A stretch of DNA of 64,000 nucleotides from Spironucleus salmonicida. Its lineage: Eukaryota. The notes under the pieces were generated by a model that was given only the letters and a program-made list of their open reading frames with translations, was not told where the DNA came from and made no database searches. Shown here one piece after another: positions 14,496-29,835 of the stretch; position 1 is the stretch's first letter, and every line of letters begins with the position of its first letter. The stretch covers positions 620,001 through 684,000 of the forward strand of contig NC_090600.1 in assembly GCF_000497125.1 (NCBI RefSeq), read 5' to 3'. Both the position numbers and the translations under genes were made by a program.

Positions 14496-15523
14496 GATTT
14501 TTAGTACAAAATTATGTTATTAAAAATGATTTTAACACTATTTAAGATTCACAATAGAAAATAAATCAGGATATACCAAAATGGTTTATCAATGTTGCGT
14601 ACATTTTTTCATTGAATGTATCCTTGATTATCAGCGACTGAACCGTATTCTTTGACAATTATAATATATACAACCTAAATTAAGTAATAATGAGTATATT
14701 TGAGATTTGCTAAGTATTAAATAAATTATTAAGATGTAAGAGAGTTTGTTGATAATAAGTTATGACAAAACTATAGTTAAACACAACATTAAATTAATAT
14801 TACAAAGTTAACTGACCTTTGTATAACTTAATAAGAAAGTACTAAACAGTTTTGATTATCAGAACTAATTCTATACTATTTATATTCACTTGAACCAGAG
14901 TAATGTAATAAAAAGATCTATTAATATTCATTGATAAACTTTATATTAATTTAGCATCACATTAAGAATTCACATTAATTTACATAATTTATCCTTAATA
15001 TAAAGTTGTGCATCAGTGTGCCCTTACTATAGAATACTACTCGTATTTTTATAATGCAATATATACGTAATACAAATATTATAATACACGTTTCCATTAA
15101 AGTCCAGGATTAGCTATGTTTCTATTAAAGATCTGAATTTTATCGAAAATATGATCTAGAAAACTCATAACCTTAATGAAATAGGGAATATAACATTTAT
15201 ATTCCATAACTAATTTTGATAGTGTCAAGATATAACAACTTATCTTAACTATAATATCTCTTTAAATATCACAAATTTTTTTATAAAAAGGAATTTTATT
15301 AATTTAAATATAGCTAATCAGTAAATTTATACTTTTAGAACAAATCCTAGCAGGATCATGTAAAACATATTCTCCTTTTCACGTACTCGTTCCTGTTAAT
15401 TTTTAATTTTTAAAATTATTATTATTATATACATATTAATATATAATAAGTTCAATAAATCAAAAAAATATATTAATATATAGTATATAATACTACATTT
15501 TCTCCACTAATCGCCTTTTTAAA

Positions 15524-18223
<2,700 letters not shown>

Positions 18224-18440
18224 TATGAATTCAAGTATCTTTTATTTTACATATTTTAATTTCTAAATAACTAATAAAAAATATACATTACTATGGGTAA
18301 TTGTATAGGTATAAAAATTCATATTAATAGTATTTATAATTGGTATATAAATAATTGCAGTTTCTGTTGAGGTATACATTTACGTATGTTACTAAATTAT
18401 TTAATAGTAATATACTTTTAGTATAAATAAGATTTGAAAA

Positions 18441-19262
18441 ATGTTTACAGAAGCAGAATTCATTCAATTTATGAATGCTCCTAATATTGATTTACTAGCG
18501 ATGATCGACTTATTTATAAATGAAGAAGCTTAGTATCAGATAACATTTAAGCTGAACAGAAGAAAGTTCGTTAGAACTGGAAAAGACGTTTATAATTTAT
18601 CAACTTAACCTAAGCTACCTAAAAAATATATCAATAAATATGTTCTTTAAGATATATTAGATAATTAAGAAAAAGAAGCATTTGTATTTTTCTTTAAAAT
18701 GGTGGTAAGATCTCATATTTTTAATAATCGAGGGTATTTGTTATTAAATTTCTTTTAAGAATGCGATTACTCACATGCATAAATTTAAAATTTCAAAGAT
18801 TTGTTCCAAATCATGAAAACAAAGATTTAAAACAACTTCGAAAAAAATTTAACTGGTGACAGAGCAGATATTAACCACGATATTTAAAAATATCTATAAT
18901 AGGTTTAAAAATAAATTACCAGTATTAGTAATGATATACAAAACCAAGAAGATGCTGTAAGCTCGATTCATAAAAATGTACTTAGGAAAAACTATATAAA
19001 GTTAATAAAAATTCCTTTCTTTAATGTAATGCGTGATATGTTCAGTGACGATGAGACCGAGTTCCAGAAGGTGCAGAACGAGGACTACTTCTCGAAGGCT
19101 GACGTTGGAAAGATCAAGCTGCACCTGGACCAGGTTCACGCGCAGTTCGAGAGGAACACGGAGTTCTACCACCTGATGCTGACCAAGCTGCAGGAGCTGG
19201 ACGAGGTCCAGGGCGGCGACATCGAGGAGGTCAGCTTCTGCAAGGACGAGGTCTACGAGTGA
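18441..19262 (+). CDS. Hypothetical protein (273 aa)
   Basis: MFTEAEFIQFM... in frame with track ORF 19029-19262; ends GAGTGA. Confidence 0.75.
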
Positions 19263-19319
19263 CTGCCTAGGTGCGTTTCACCTGATACGGACTACATTGG
19301 GGAGTGGCGCGGACAGCTC

Positions 19320-19350
19320 CGGCGTAGGGTGTAGACGCGGCCCTACGCCG
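19320..19350 (+). promoter_or_regulatory. 10-bp perfect hairpin upstream of CWP start
   Basis: CGGCGTAGGG-11nt-CCCTACGCCG ending 14 nt before the ATG; function inferred only. Confidence 0.4.
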
Positions 19351-19364
19351 CCTCCCGTCCCTCA

Positions 19365-20075
19365 ATGATTTCCATCCTGGCAGTGCTCACGCAGCGCCAA
19401 GCGCTCGAGGCCATCTACGCGGCCAACGGCGGCCTCCTCTGGGCAGGGGCCTCCGCCTGGAACACCTCCGCCCCGGAGTGCGCCTGGGCCGGCATCATCT
19501 GCAACCGCGACGGCTTCGTCATCGATATAAACCTCGACGGCTTCGGGCTGGTCGGCAAGCTCCCCGACGTCTTTGCCTCCTTCCCCATGCTCAAGTCCCT
19601 CTACCTCAACAACCAGAACCTGGTCTCCGCCATCCCCGCCAGCTTCTGCACGCTCGTCCACCTCCAGTACCTCCAGGCCAACAACGCCGGCCTCATCGGC
19701 GTCGTTCCCACATGTCTCTGCAACCTCGCCAACGTCATGTTCGTCTACATGGACGACAACCTCCTCACCGGCGCTATCCCCAAGTGCATCGGCAAGCTCA
19801 AGTTCCTCAAGGAGGCCCACTTCGCCTGCAACCTCCTCGAAGGCCCCATCCCCGCCGGCCTCGCCTCTCTGAAGTACCTCATTGAGTTCCACGCCGACTG
19901 CAACCTCGCCATTGACTGCACCTCCGACCTCGCCACGAGGCCCAACTTCATCTTCCATTGCGGCATCACCGACTGCGACTCCTGCGACATGAAGGGCCCT
20001 GTGGTCCCCGAAATCCCCGAAGAAGCCGTCTGCGCCCCCGTCGTCCACTTCCCTATTTGCCGTATTTTGGAGTGA
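19365..20075 (+). CDS. CWP: Cyst wall protein (LRR + Cys-rich), copy 1
   Basis: TQRQALEAIYAANGG, LQYLQANNAGL, FLKEAHFACN, CGITDCDSC resemble Giardia CWP1 (from recall). Confidence 0.88.
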   Translation: MISILAVLTQRQALEAIYAANGGLLWAGASAWNTSAPECAWAGIICNRDGFVIDINLDGFGLVGKLPDVFASFPMLKSLYLNNQNLVSAIPASFCTLVHLQYLQANNAGLIGVVPTCLCNLANVMFVYMDDNLLTGAIPKCIGKLKFLKEAHFACNLLEGPIPAGLASLKYLIEFHADCNLAIDCTSDLATRPNFIFHCGITDCDSCDMKGPVVPEIPEEAVCAPVVHFPICRILE

Positions 20076-20738
20076 TTGCTCTTGCGAATTTACGGATTGC
20101 ATCGTGCGGGGCGCCTTCGAAGATTATTGCCGTGCCGATGAAGAATTTCGGGATAGGTCACAGCCCAGCTTCGACTTCGGCGATCCCGCGCTGCCCTAAA
20201 CCGTGCATGCCGGACACATTTTCCGAGGTCGAAAATCGCATAAGACAAGGGCAAGCGGCGTAACAGCAAATTTGTTATTGCATTATCATTACTAACCGCC
20301 TAAACCGGCGCCATACCGCAAAGCTTTGCTCCTTCCTGAACTAAGACAGGCTGCCAGGCTGTCAGGCTGGTTCATGTTTTAAACCTAACACTTCTTCTTA
20401 AATTATTATACTCCAGCTATCAATTAGTTACATATGACATTATTTTACTTGTAAGATGTACTTGATAATAAATTTCTACATTTTAGATTAATCAAAATGC
20501 CTAATTCTCTTAATATTATTATTATATGCTAGATATCATATATTATTCATTACTGGATCACACTACCCCATCGACTGAATTCACTATTTCGTACTATCAA
20601 CTAACCCGTTCTCATAACCTGAAAACGATCCAATTTACCTCTAAATATCCATTCTTACCAAAAATGACTTCCCAGGCATAGCCAGCGCGCTCCAAAGTGA
20701 AGTAGATTTTGATTTTCCACTCCTTTCCAAAAACCGTC

Positions 20739-23462
20739 TCACTCCATTTCGTTCTCTCCGTTTTCCTTCTAAATTTCATTTTCAACTTAAATTTCATTTT
20801 CAATCTAATTCTAGATTCCATTTTAAATTTGATTTTCCACTCCATTTGCTTTTTCATCTTAGTTTTCGCTCCTTTCCGTTCCACTTCGCTCCACTCCACT
20901 CCACAGCTCCTAGCTCAGGTTCAAATCGCACTCTTCGTCGCCCCCGACGATGCTGCGCACGAGCCGCGCGACGCTCGGGTGCACGTTCTGGCGCGCGCCC
21001 TGCAGCTTCTCGGCCCGTTCCCGCAGATTTTGGTTTTCCATTTCCAGCTCCTGGACGCGCATTTCGGAGTCGCTCTGGTTCAGCAGCGCCAGGTTGTGCG
21101 CCTGCTGGACCACGTTCAGCTGGCCGTTGAGGTTCGCGATTTCGGCGCTCAAAATTGGCATATTCTGGAGTTGAACCTGCTTGCTCTGGATAGACTGCTG
21201 GAGCGTTTCGATCTCGTGTCGCAGCTAAGCCATTTGGGCGGCGTTGGTTTGTTTTTCAGAAGTCAGGAACTAAAGTTGCGTTTCAAGTTTGAGGAGCTCT
21301 TGGCTGGCCTGCGTTTTCTCGGCACAGACGGCCTTGTGGGCGCCGGAAAGCTCGATTTTGGCCTCTTCCGCCGACGCCAAATTCTGCTAAATTTGCAGCA
21401 ATTGGAGCGATTTTTGCGAGATTTCCGCCCGCTGGCCGGCGATCTGGTCCTCCAAAACCGAATTTTGAGATTTTTACTCGAAAATTTGACTTTCAAATTG
21501 ATTTTTCATTCCCTCAAATTTCGAATTCTGCGAATTGAGCTAAATTTTCAGCTCCTCATTTGCGTGTTTTAGGCCGTTCAGCTGCCCCTCGAGGGCGCCG
21601 ATTTGACCTGAAACGGACTCGTTGCTCCAGTCGACGCGGTCTTTGGAGGACTCAATCAGCTGCTTCAGCACTGCCAGCTGCGTCTGCAGGGCCTGAATTT
21701 GCTCGAAATAGTTCGCATTTTCGGTGTTTAGCGCGAAATTTTGGTCCTTGAGGCCCGAAATCGCATTCGTGAGTTCCGTGATTTTCCTGAGCTGATTCGA
21801 GGCCTAAACGGCGAGCTGGTCGTGGCCAGTTTGGAGCGAAATGAGCTGCTGGAGCTTCAATTTCGACTGCTAGTTCATGATTTCTAACATTTCGTTTTGC
21901 GACTTAAATTGCTAATTTTCTTGTTATATCAGTTGAATTTAGGCCGATTGTTACTGGTTCAGTTGCGAAAAACTCGCCAGCTGCTCGTTATCGCTTTGCT
22001 TGCTGAGGATTTCGAGCTCGGATGAGCCTTTGCAGGCCAGTTCCAGGAGCCTCGTTTCGTTCAGCTGCGCGTCAGCCTGCAGCTGGGATTATTTCAGCTG
22101 GTTGGTTAGGGTTAGCAGCTGCTTCTCGAATGAGAATTTGGTCTCTTGGGAGATGCGGAGGAGCGTTTCGTGGTCCTCTTGCTGGAGTTTCAGCTGATTT
22201 TGGAGGGTTTCTGACTGATTTTGGAGAGTTTCTGACTGATTTTTGAGCAATTGGTTGCTGTGCTGCAGTGATTGGAGGTTAAGGAGGTTTTCCTGGTGCT
22301 CTTTTTGCAGTTTGGACAGCGATTGCTGCAGGGTGTCAATGGTTTGCTGGCAGGATTCAGACTGCTTAATTGCCTGCGTTTGGAGATTGGTTGAAGCGAT
22401 TTCAGACTGTTTGGCTAGTGAATTTTGAGTTTTGACGATTGCTTGTTAGGTTTCCAACTCGTGTTACAAGTCGCTGATGGAAATGATATGGGTATTGATT
22501 TGCTCTTATTGAGTCGTTAATTTGCTGCATAATTCTTCGATTTTGATGTCCTTTTCGCTAAGAACCACTGTTTTTGCCTCTAATTAAGTGATATGGTTGT
22601 TTGATTTACTTAGGTCGTGATTTAGTGCTATAATTTGTGTCTTTTGGTCCAATATTTGTTGCTGAAGAACTGTCTGTTAATCTTGGCACTGGTTGTTAAG
22701 CTGTGATATTTGATCCTGAAGTTATTCAATTTAATTAGCTGATATATCTAATTTATTATTAAGTGTCGAAACAACAACATCTTGTGATAATACAGTTTGC
22801 TTAAGAGAGTTAACTTATTATCCTGCTAACTATAACTCTTAAATAAGTCTTTGATTTTCTTATTAAATGAGTGTAATCTGTTATGACGAAATTTATCCTT
22901 TCTATTAAAGCTATAAGTTTTAATTTTCAAGGTCAATTATCCTTAAATTATTTCCAGATACAGTGTTTTCTAAGTCAAAAACTTGAGACTTACAGTTGGT
23001 GCAAGTTTCTTAGACTTTTTCAAACTGAGTCTGATAATATTATAAATTATTGATATTGTTTTAGTTATCTACATAGAGAATTTACAATCTTTGAGACTTA
23101 TCAGATAATTATTATTATTATTACGTATTTTCATCTTTTAGCGTTTAATTACTACTAATTAATTTTTTAGATTAAATATTTTATTTTTGATATAATTAAT
23201 TAATTTATACAAATTAAGCCTCATAACTAGTAACTTTGTGCGATAATTATTAATTTTCTTATTAAAAAAGTGATCCTTACTACTTAGCATCAAGGTATTT
23301 CTTTTAAAGCTATTTATATTTTTCAAACATAAAATCATCACCAGAATTATCTTTTATCATCTATTTTAACTCAGATATGGTTGATAATTATTCTGAGAGC
23401 GCATTTTACTAAGTTTAAGATAGACTGGAAAACTATGTTGACTATAGATCAGATAGATTCAT
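20739..23462 (-). CDS. Long coiled-coil protein (~907 aa)
   Basis: MNLSDLQSTQF... in frame with track ORF 20910-21161 and terminal GAGTGA. Confidence 0.8.
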
Positions 23463-23687
23463 TTATTAAAGTGGAAAAGTAATAAACTCAATAATATATC
23501 ATTTATAATATATTTACTGATCTATGACTTATATAAATAGGAAGGAAACTTATTATTAAATATATAAATAATAATTACAAAGGTATTATTCTTTATTTAT
23601 TTAATATGAAAACAATTATATATTAAAGTTAATATAAATAATAATTTATATAATAATAATAATAATATTTACTTGCTTAGTTTAATA

Positions 23688-23939
23688 ATGAGACCAATTA
23701 AACGAAAAAATAAATCCTGTACACAATCAAGCCCAATGTTTATGAAGAAGACATTGGAGTTATCTTTTGTTACTGAAATATAAAATGAATCCTAGATACA
23801 CATTGATATGGACTTTATTCCTTTTTAATTTGGTTCAATTGAAAAGACCGTTATTAAAGAACTTCCACTAAAGTTTAAATTAGAAATAGATGACTTAATA
23901 GAAGAATCAACTAGTGATAATTCTGATAGTAAGTCGTGA
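23688..23939 (+). CDS. Small hypothetical protein (83 aa)
   Basis: MRPIKRKNKS...SDSKS, flanked by AT-rich spacers. Confidence 0.45.
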
Positions 23940-25232
23940 ATAGATTTAGATTTTATCGTATATTTACAATTGGATTCATATTAGTGTCCTTCTACTCTCG
24001 ACCTTAGGTATATAATTAATATATACAAAAAAAGAATATATATACATTAGTTAGATATCTGACAAAAACTGAATAAACTCATTTTTATTTATATAATTGT
24101 ACATATTTATATTATACGACAAAAGCAAAAATGTCTATGAATCCTTGTTTTACTATTCTTATTAAATATATGATTCAGATTTTGTAATTATGAGTAATAA
24201 AATGATATGAAATGAATATTATTCGATATAGCTTTCAAATTAATTTACTGTAAAAAATTAAAATATTGTACTCAAATTTTAATAACTATTGGAAGTTATA
24301 TTATTACTATTGTATTACTTGTATTCTATACAAAGTTAAGAAACGAAGGTCAGATGGTTTATTAAATCATATTACTTCTAGATTTATAGAAAACTGAATT
24401 TTCACTTATAACAGTACGAAACTAGTATATATTTTTGAAATTATCTTTTGTATTAATACTCTCTATCCCCATGATTTCGCCTTTTCAATTTTCAAAAATT
24501 AAGATCATTTACGATTCACATTGCGAGCATAAAACATTTTTCGTTTTTACAAAATCACAAATGCAAAGATCACAGAGAATCACACCCTCACTTACTACTA
24601 GTGCTCAATTTAAATTATTCTAGTACCTAAAATACCTCAATTTTTCCTCTTCCATCACCACTAGTTTCTAAATTTTGTCCATTCCGCTAGATATTCTGTT
24701 ACATCATTCTTTACTAGCCTACTTTCATTTCCATTAAGTCTCCTTCTAGCGGATTATTCAAAATTATCACATTTTACTTGTCCGAATAATATTTACCAGC
24801 AACTTTAACAATTGCATTCACCATCATTCTACCGTCGCCCCACCATTTTACAACCTTCTTTTCTACTCCAATCTCTCCAATTTCAACATGAAATATTAAA
24901 CTATATACACATATTATTATACATTATAATTCATATATTTACCCATAAAGTCAGAAACCTTAATTTTCACTGTCAACCTCCTCCTGCCTCCCCCTCATCT
25001 AGCACTATTTAGCCTCTAACCCCCAACACTTAACCCTTTCACTCACCTTAACCTCATTAAAATAAAAATAAAATAAAAACCAAAATTTCTATTCTCCCTT
25101 CCATTTTCACCAATTCCCAATCATTATTTTAATATAAAATATCAATTTTAGTTTTTCTTTCCTATGTGCCTATTATATCACTAATTTTCATCGTTATATC
25201 ACCACTCCACCACTTTATCTATTTATATACTC

Positions 25233-27995
25233 TCATATGCCCTCAAAAATATCATTCTCTCCCTCCCTTCCACTTCCAATTTCCGCTCCAATTTCAACTC
25301 GCGGAAAAAGTGTCCGGCCCTCCCATTCGACCGATTTTGCGCGCAAAAGCAGCAGATAGCACATGAGCTTAAAAACGTTGCTCCCGTCCACGCCGTCGTC
25401 TGAAACGAACTGCTTGAACCGCAAATTCCCGTCCCGTGAAATTTTGTGCGAAAATTGAACGTTTTTGAGCGCATTTCTCAATTTGATTTCGAAAACATAA
25501 TTCCACTCCTAATTTTCGTTATCGACGATGAGGATTTTTAGTTATCCGAACAAAACGCGTAAACTTGAAGCGAAATTGCGCGCGTTTTCGGGCGAAATTT
25601 GCGCCAAACTGGAGCGGAGGAAGCGGAAAATTGTGCTGTTCGGAGGCGCAATTTGGGGCCTCAAATCGGGTTTTTTAGTTAAGTGAGAAACTTAAATAGG
25701 AGTGGAAATTTGATTTGAATTTGAAATTGAAATTGGAAGAGTTTGAGTAAAAGAAGTTGTGAACTTTGTTACGGAGCGTAAAGTGGCGTTTTCGACACTG
25801 AAATTGTGCTAATACGCTGAAATGGACTGCATTTAATGTTCTTATGCTGAAAAATTAGGAATAAACTGATATTGTGTACTTTTACTTTGATTAGCATACT
25901 TACTTTAAGGCGATAACGAAAAATTAACTGCTTTTTACTCGCTTTTTTGACAAACTTGATGTGCAATTTCCCCTTCGTATTTCTACGGGTAAACTTGACC
26001 TGCGAAATTCGAATTTTGGATCATTTAAGAACCACAAACCGGTTTTTACTCACTAAAATTTTCGTTATCGCCCTAAATATAAATTTTTCCACTCCTAATT
26101 TGCAAATTTGAGTATTTTTCGCGCAGCCGCAAAAGCGAATTTGCGAGTATTTCGTTCTGAACCAACAGGTCTTTTACTTGCAAATTTTCAGAATCTACTG
26201 ATATAACGTTTAAATCCTGTGTCTAAAGTTCGTTTTCTTGGGCTCTTATGGTCTCGTAGGCCGCGTTTTTCTCGGTTTTCAGCTGCTAAATTTGCGCCTG
26301 AAGAGTTAGAATTTCGGAAGGGGAATCGGGGTTTCCGCGCGATTTCACCCGCTGCAGGAGGTCGATTATGGTCTGTTTCTCGGTCAATTGGTGGTTCAGT
26401 TCGGAAACTTGCTCGTCGAAAGCGTCGATTTGGTCGATTTTTTAGGCCAATTCGGTTTCTAAAATTTTGATTTTGTGCGTTAGAAACTTGATGGAAGGGG
26501 GAGAGGAGTGGAAATTTGAATTAGAATTGGAAAGTATTTACTGTTAATTTTATATAATAACGGGAGAATTGGTGGATTTGTCAAATTTAATTGCTGTAGA
26601 ATCTGTTTTTTCTGTCGGATTAATTTCTATTTAATGTATAATATTATGATTGGAAAATTTCGATTTCGCATCAAGTTTGCCGGGAGACGAAATTTCAACC
26701 GTTTTTTCTGTCGCAATTTAACTATTTTAATGTATAATATTAATATTATTCGATTTATTAAACTAAATTTGACTATTAGACTATATGTCGTTTTCGGCTA
26801 ATTCGTGCGTTTTAACGCCCTAATGTGCAATTTGCTACGCGGAAAGTCCTGACTAATTTGCAGAGGCAGTTTTTGAGCCATTCTAAGCATCTTTTTAACT
26901 TTTTACGTTATTTTCAATTTCAATTTAATTTTGACTTTCCGCTTCTTTCTCGATTTCAGGTTTTTAACCTTCCAAATTGTCAATTTTCAAATCTCCTGTC
27001 CGGGCAATTTCGTGTTTTTAATTTTCAAATGCAAATTCAAATTGATTTTCCACTCCTATTTTCCTTTCCTTTTCCCACTCCTTCAAACGCTCATTTTCGT
27101 TCCGCAGCTCCTGAACCTCGAAAACGAGCTGAATTTCGCTCCTTTTCCCCTCCGAATCGTCCAAAATCTTAGCTTTTGTGAAGTCCAAAAGCTCTTTTTC
27201 GCTCCTTTTTAGCCTGTCGCTGAGGGCCAAATTCTCGCTTTCGAGGAGCGAAATTTTCGTTTTTGGAGCGGAAATTTCGCTCCTTTTTCCCGGGGAATCG
27301 CAGAAATTTTGGCTGCTGAAATCGCTGTTTTCTGCGAGTTGCGCGAGAGAAAATTACCGCGCGGAATCGATTTTTGAGACCGGCAAATTTGTGATAATTT
27401 CAATATTTTACTGCTACAATTGAATTTGATTTTGATTTTCCACTTCTTTTTACTTGAGTAGATCAAGTTTGTGCTGTTACTGGAGTTTTTGGGCGTTTAG
27501 TTTCTGGAGAAGTTGGTTTTTCGTGGAAGGGGAAAAAGTTGATTTATCATATTATTATATCTCAATATTACTAATTTCAAGTTTGTCATTTTCGATTTCG
27601 CAAATTTTTGCTTCGGTGAGGACGTCCTGGTCGAGCTTCAGCTTGATGTCTGCGTAGTTCTTCATTTGCTGCGTCATTTTCTGCATCAGAAACTCGTTTT
27701 GGCGCGAGGCTGAAATTTTCGCGACGGGGCTAAAGTTTTTGCTCTTCAGGGCATTGATTTTGGCCGTAAATGGCGAAGTTTTCGGTTCAGGCTTGATTTC
27801 GAGCTTAAATGCGCCGTACGACTGCTTTTCCAGGTGATTTGACGTGTTCTGGAGTCCGATCAGTTGCGAAACTAGTTCTGGAGGCGAGACAGAGTCGTAG
27901 GTAGTTATTCTGAGCTGGATTGGGTCTATTGGGAGCTTTTTTAGCAGCAGATCCTTTAGGTGGGCTAAAATTGAAGGCGTTAGTATGGGTTTCAT
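25233..27995 (-). CDS. Hypothetical coiled-coil/low-complexity protein (~920 aa)
   Basis: Joins track ORFs 27555-27995, 27018-27230 and 25233-25481 in one frame; TCCACTCC upstream. Confidence 0.75.
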
Positions 27996-28206
27996 TTTTG
28001 TAAATTCGGAGTGGACAAAGATATATAAATATTATATAAATAAAATATAGAAATATATGCAACGATGTCTTATGAATCGGTAATACATAATAAATTAGAG
28101 ACGATTATTTGATATAGTAATTCAGATTTATCGACACATGTAAATATTAAGAAAATATTTATATACTATTATTATATATAATTATCAATGTAATATGAAA
28201 GATCAA

Positions 28207-28467
28207 ATGGGGGCTGGAATATAAGCAATCGAGAAATAGGCGATTGCGAGTTTAACAAAAGCCGATATTCGGCCATAATGCATACAAAATACAGCAATAA
28301 TTCCAGCCAACGATAATCTGTCATATTAACTTAACAATTATTCGTCGCATTCTTTGCTTAGTGCGAAAACATCGTTACTAAACTCCAAAAACAAGTTGGA
28401 CTCTATTATATACTCATTAATGACAGAAAATGAGGATATTTTAATTGATTTGCGTGTGGAATAGTGA
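28207..28467 (+). CDS. Small protein with MG N-terminus (alternative start 28195)
   Basis: MGAGIQAIEKQAI...; ends TAGTGA. Confidence 0.55.
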
Positions 28468-29048
28468 TTTTTATATGAGTATTTTTAGTCTCAAATGAAC
28501 TAAATATAAAGTATATCCGTTCATAGTATTTTAATCATTTAATTCTAAAGTTTAATTTTTACATTTTTATACAGAATTTAACCATAATATAAGAGAATAA
28601 TAAAACTATAAAATAAAAAGTTATGCTATATTTTGATGTTTGTTATATGTTTCAGCAAACTACATATGAGTTTCTAAAATCTAAAGTTAAATGAGTACAA
28701 TGTATTATTATTGGGTTATGAAGATTGTATATCCTTGATTATTATTAATCAATACTATAATAATGATTATGTAAAATTTTATTCACAATAGTAGAACTCT
28801 ATATACTTGTATTTTAAAAAAATTATTCAGTATTGAATATAAACCGTTAGACTTATGATATTTAAAATTTCGAGTTATAATCTAAATTGATTGAACTATT
28901 TATATATGACTAATGTTATATCAAACTTGAAAACATTGATTGATATGTAGATAAAAATAAATTAGTAAATTCAAAATCTGTATTTAATTTTAAATTCTTA
29001 TACCTATTATATTATATAATATATCAATTATCATACTACCATTTCTTA

Positions 29049-29663
29049 ATGTCTCAAGACGAAATAGAAGAATTAGAGGCTCTTGTGGAGGCACTGGAAG
29101 CATAGAACCATAAATTATAATAAAAATATGATTAAGATATTATAAAATAATAAAACCTGGTATAAGTATCTGTTACTAACGAATAAGAGTTACTGCAACT
29201 TAAAGAGTCTCGTGATTAGTATATGAATTATTGTCAAACATTAGAAGAAGAATTATAATTATAGAAAGAATAAAATAACCAACTTAATGGTTAACTTAAT
29301 TCATAAAAATTGTAATTATTAGAAGTACAATAGAATTGTGACAATAATAATATTTAAATATTAAAAATTGATACTTTAAATCAGAATTTATCTTCAAAAA
29401 TTATATAGTGTAAAAAATAAGAAGCGGATTAAGAGTTATAGATTTCAAATCTATAGAGTACAATTGTGTAACTTTAAATGGAACTCAAATAATAGAAAAA
29501 ACTTACAATATAAAATGATTCAAAATTTGTTGTTAGAAGAGATTTTGTTATTGGTTCATTAAAATCGATTGAACCTGCAATAGTTAAAAACACTTAAATG
29601 GGTTATATTGAAGACAATGTATAGTTATTACGGCGGCTAGCTTTATTAGTCGTCAAATAGTGA
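29049..29663 (+). CDS. Coiled-coil protein (204 aa)
   Basis: MSQDEIEELEALVEALEAQN...; ends TAGTGA. Confidence 0.75.
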
Positions 29664-29835
29664 GTATTACTAATATTTTAATTGTTAAGATAATACTCCT
29701 ATCTCATTCATAAAATTAGTTGCATTTTCAGTCAAAAGGTTTCTATAATGTAGTGAACTGGAATAAGTCAAAGTAACGAATTGGTATTTAACTGAAATAA
29801 GCCGCATGTATTAGTGGATAAATTAATTTTGAACG

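Larger units (their letters stand above)
19008..20346. repeat. Inverted repeat R2, left arm (1339 bp; partner 34291-35629)
   Basis: Coordinates sum to 54637; a few SNPs plus a diverged patch near 20280-20295. Confidence 0.95.

Noticed and set aside
24588-25230. Coding-like purine-rich minus-strand sequence downstream of the 25233 gene
   Set aside because: Interrupted by TGA in the frames I read and no clear start; may be a frameshifted extension but cannot be supported.
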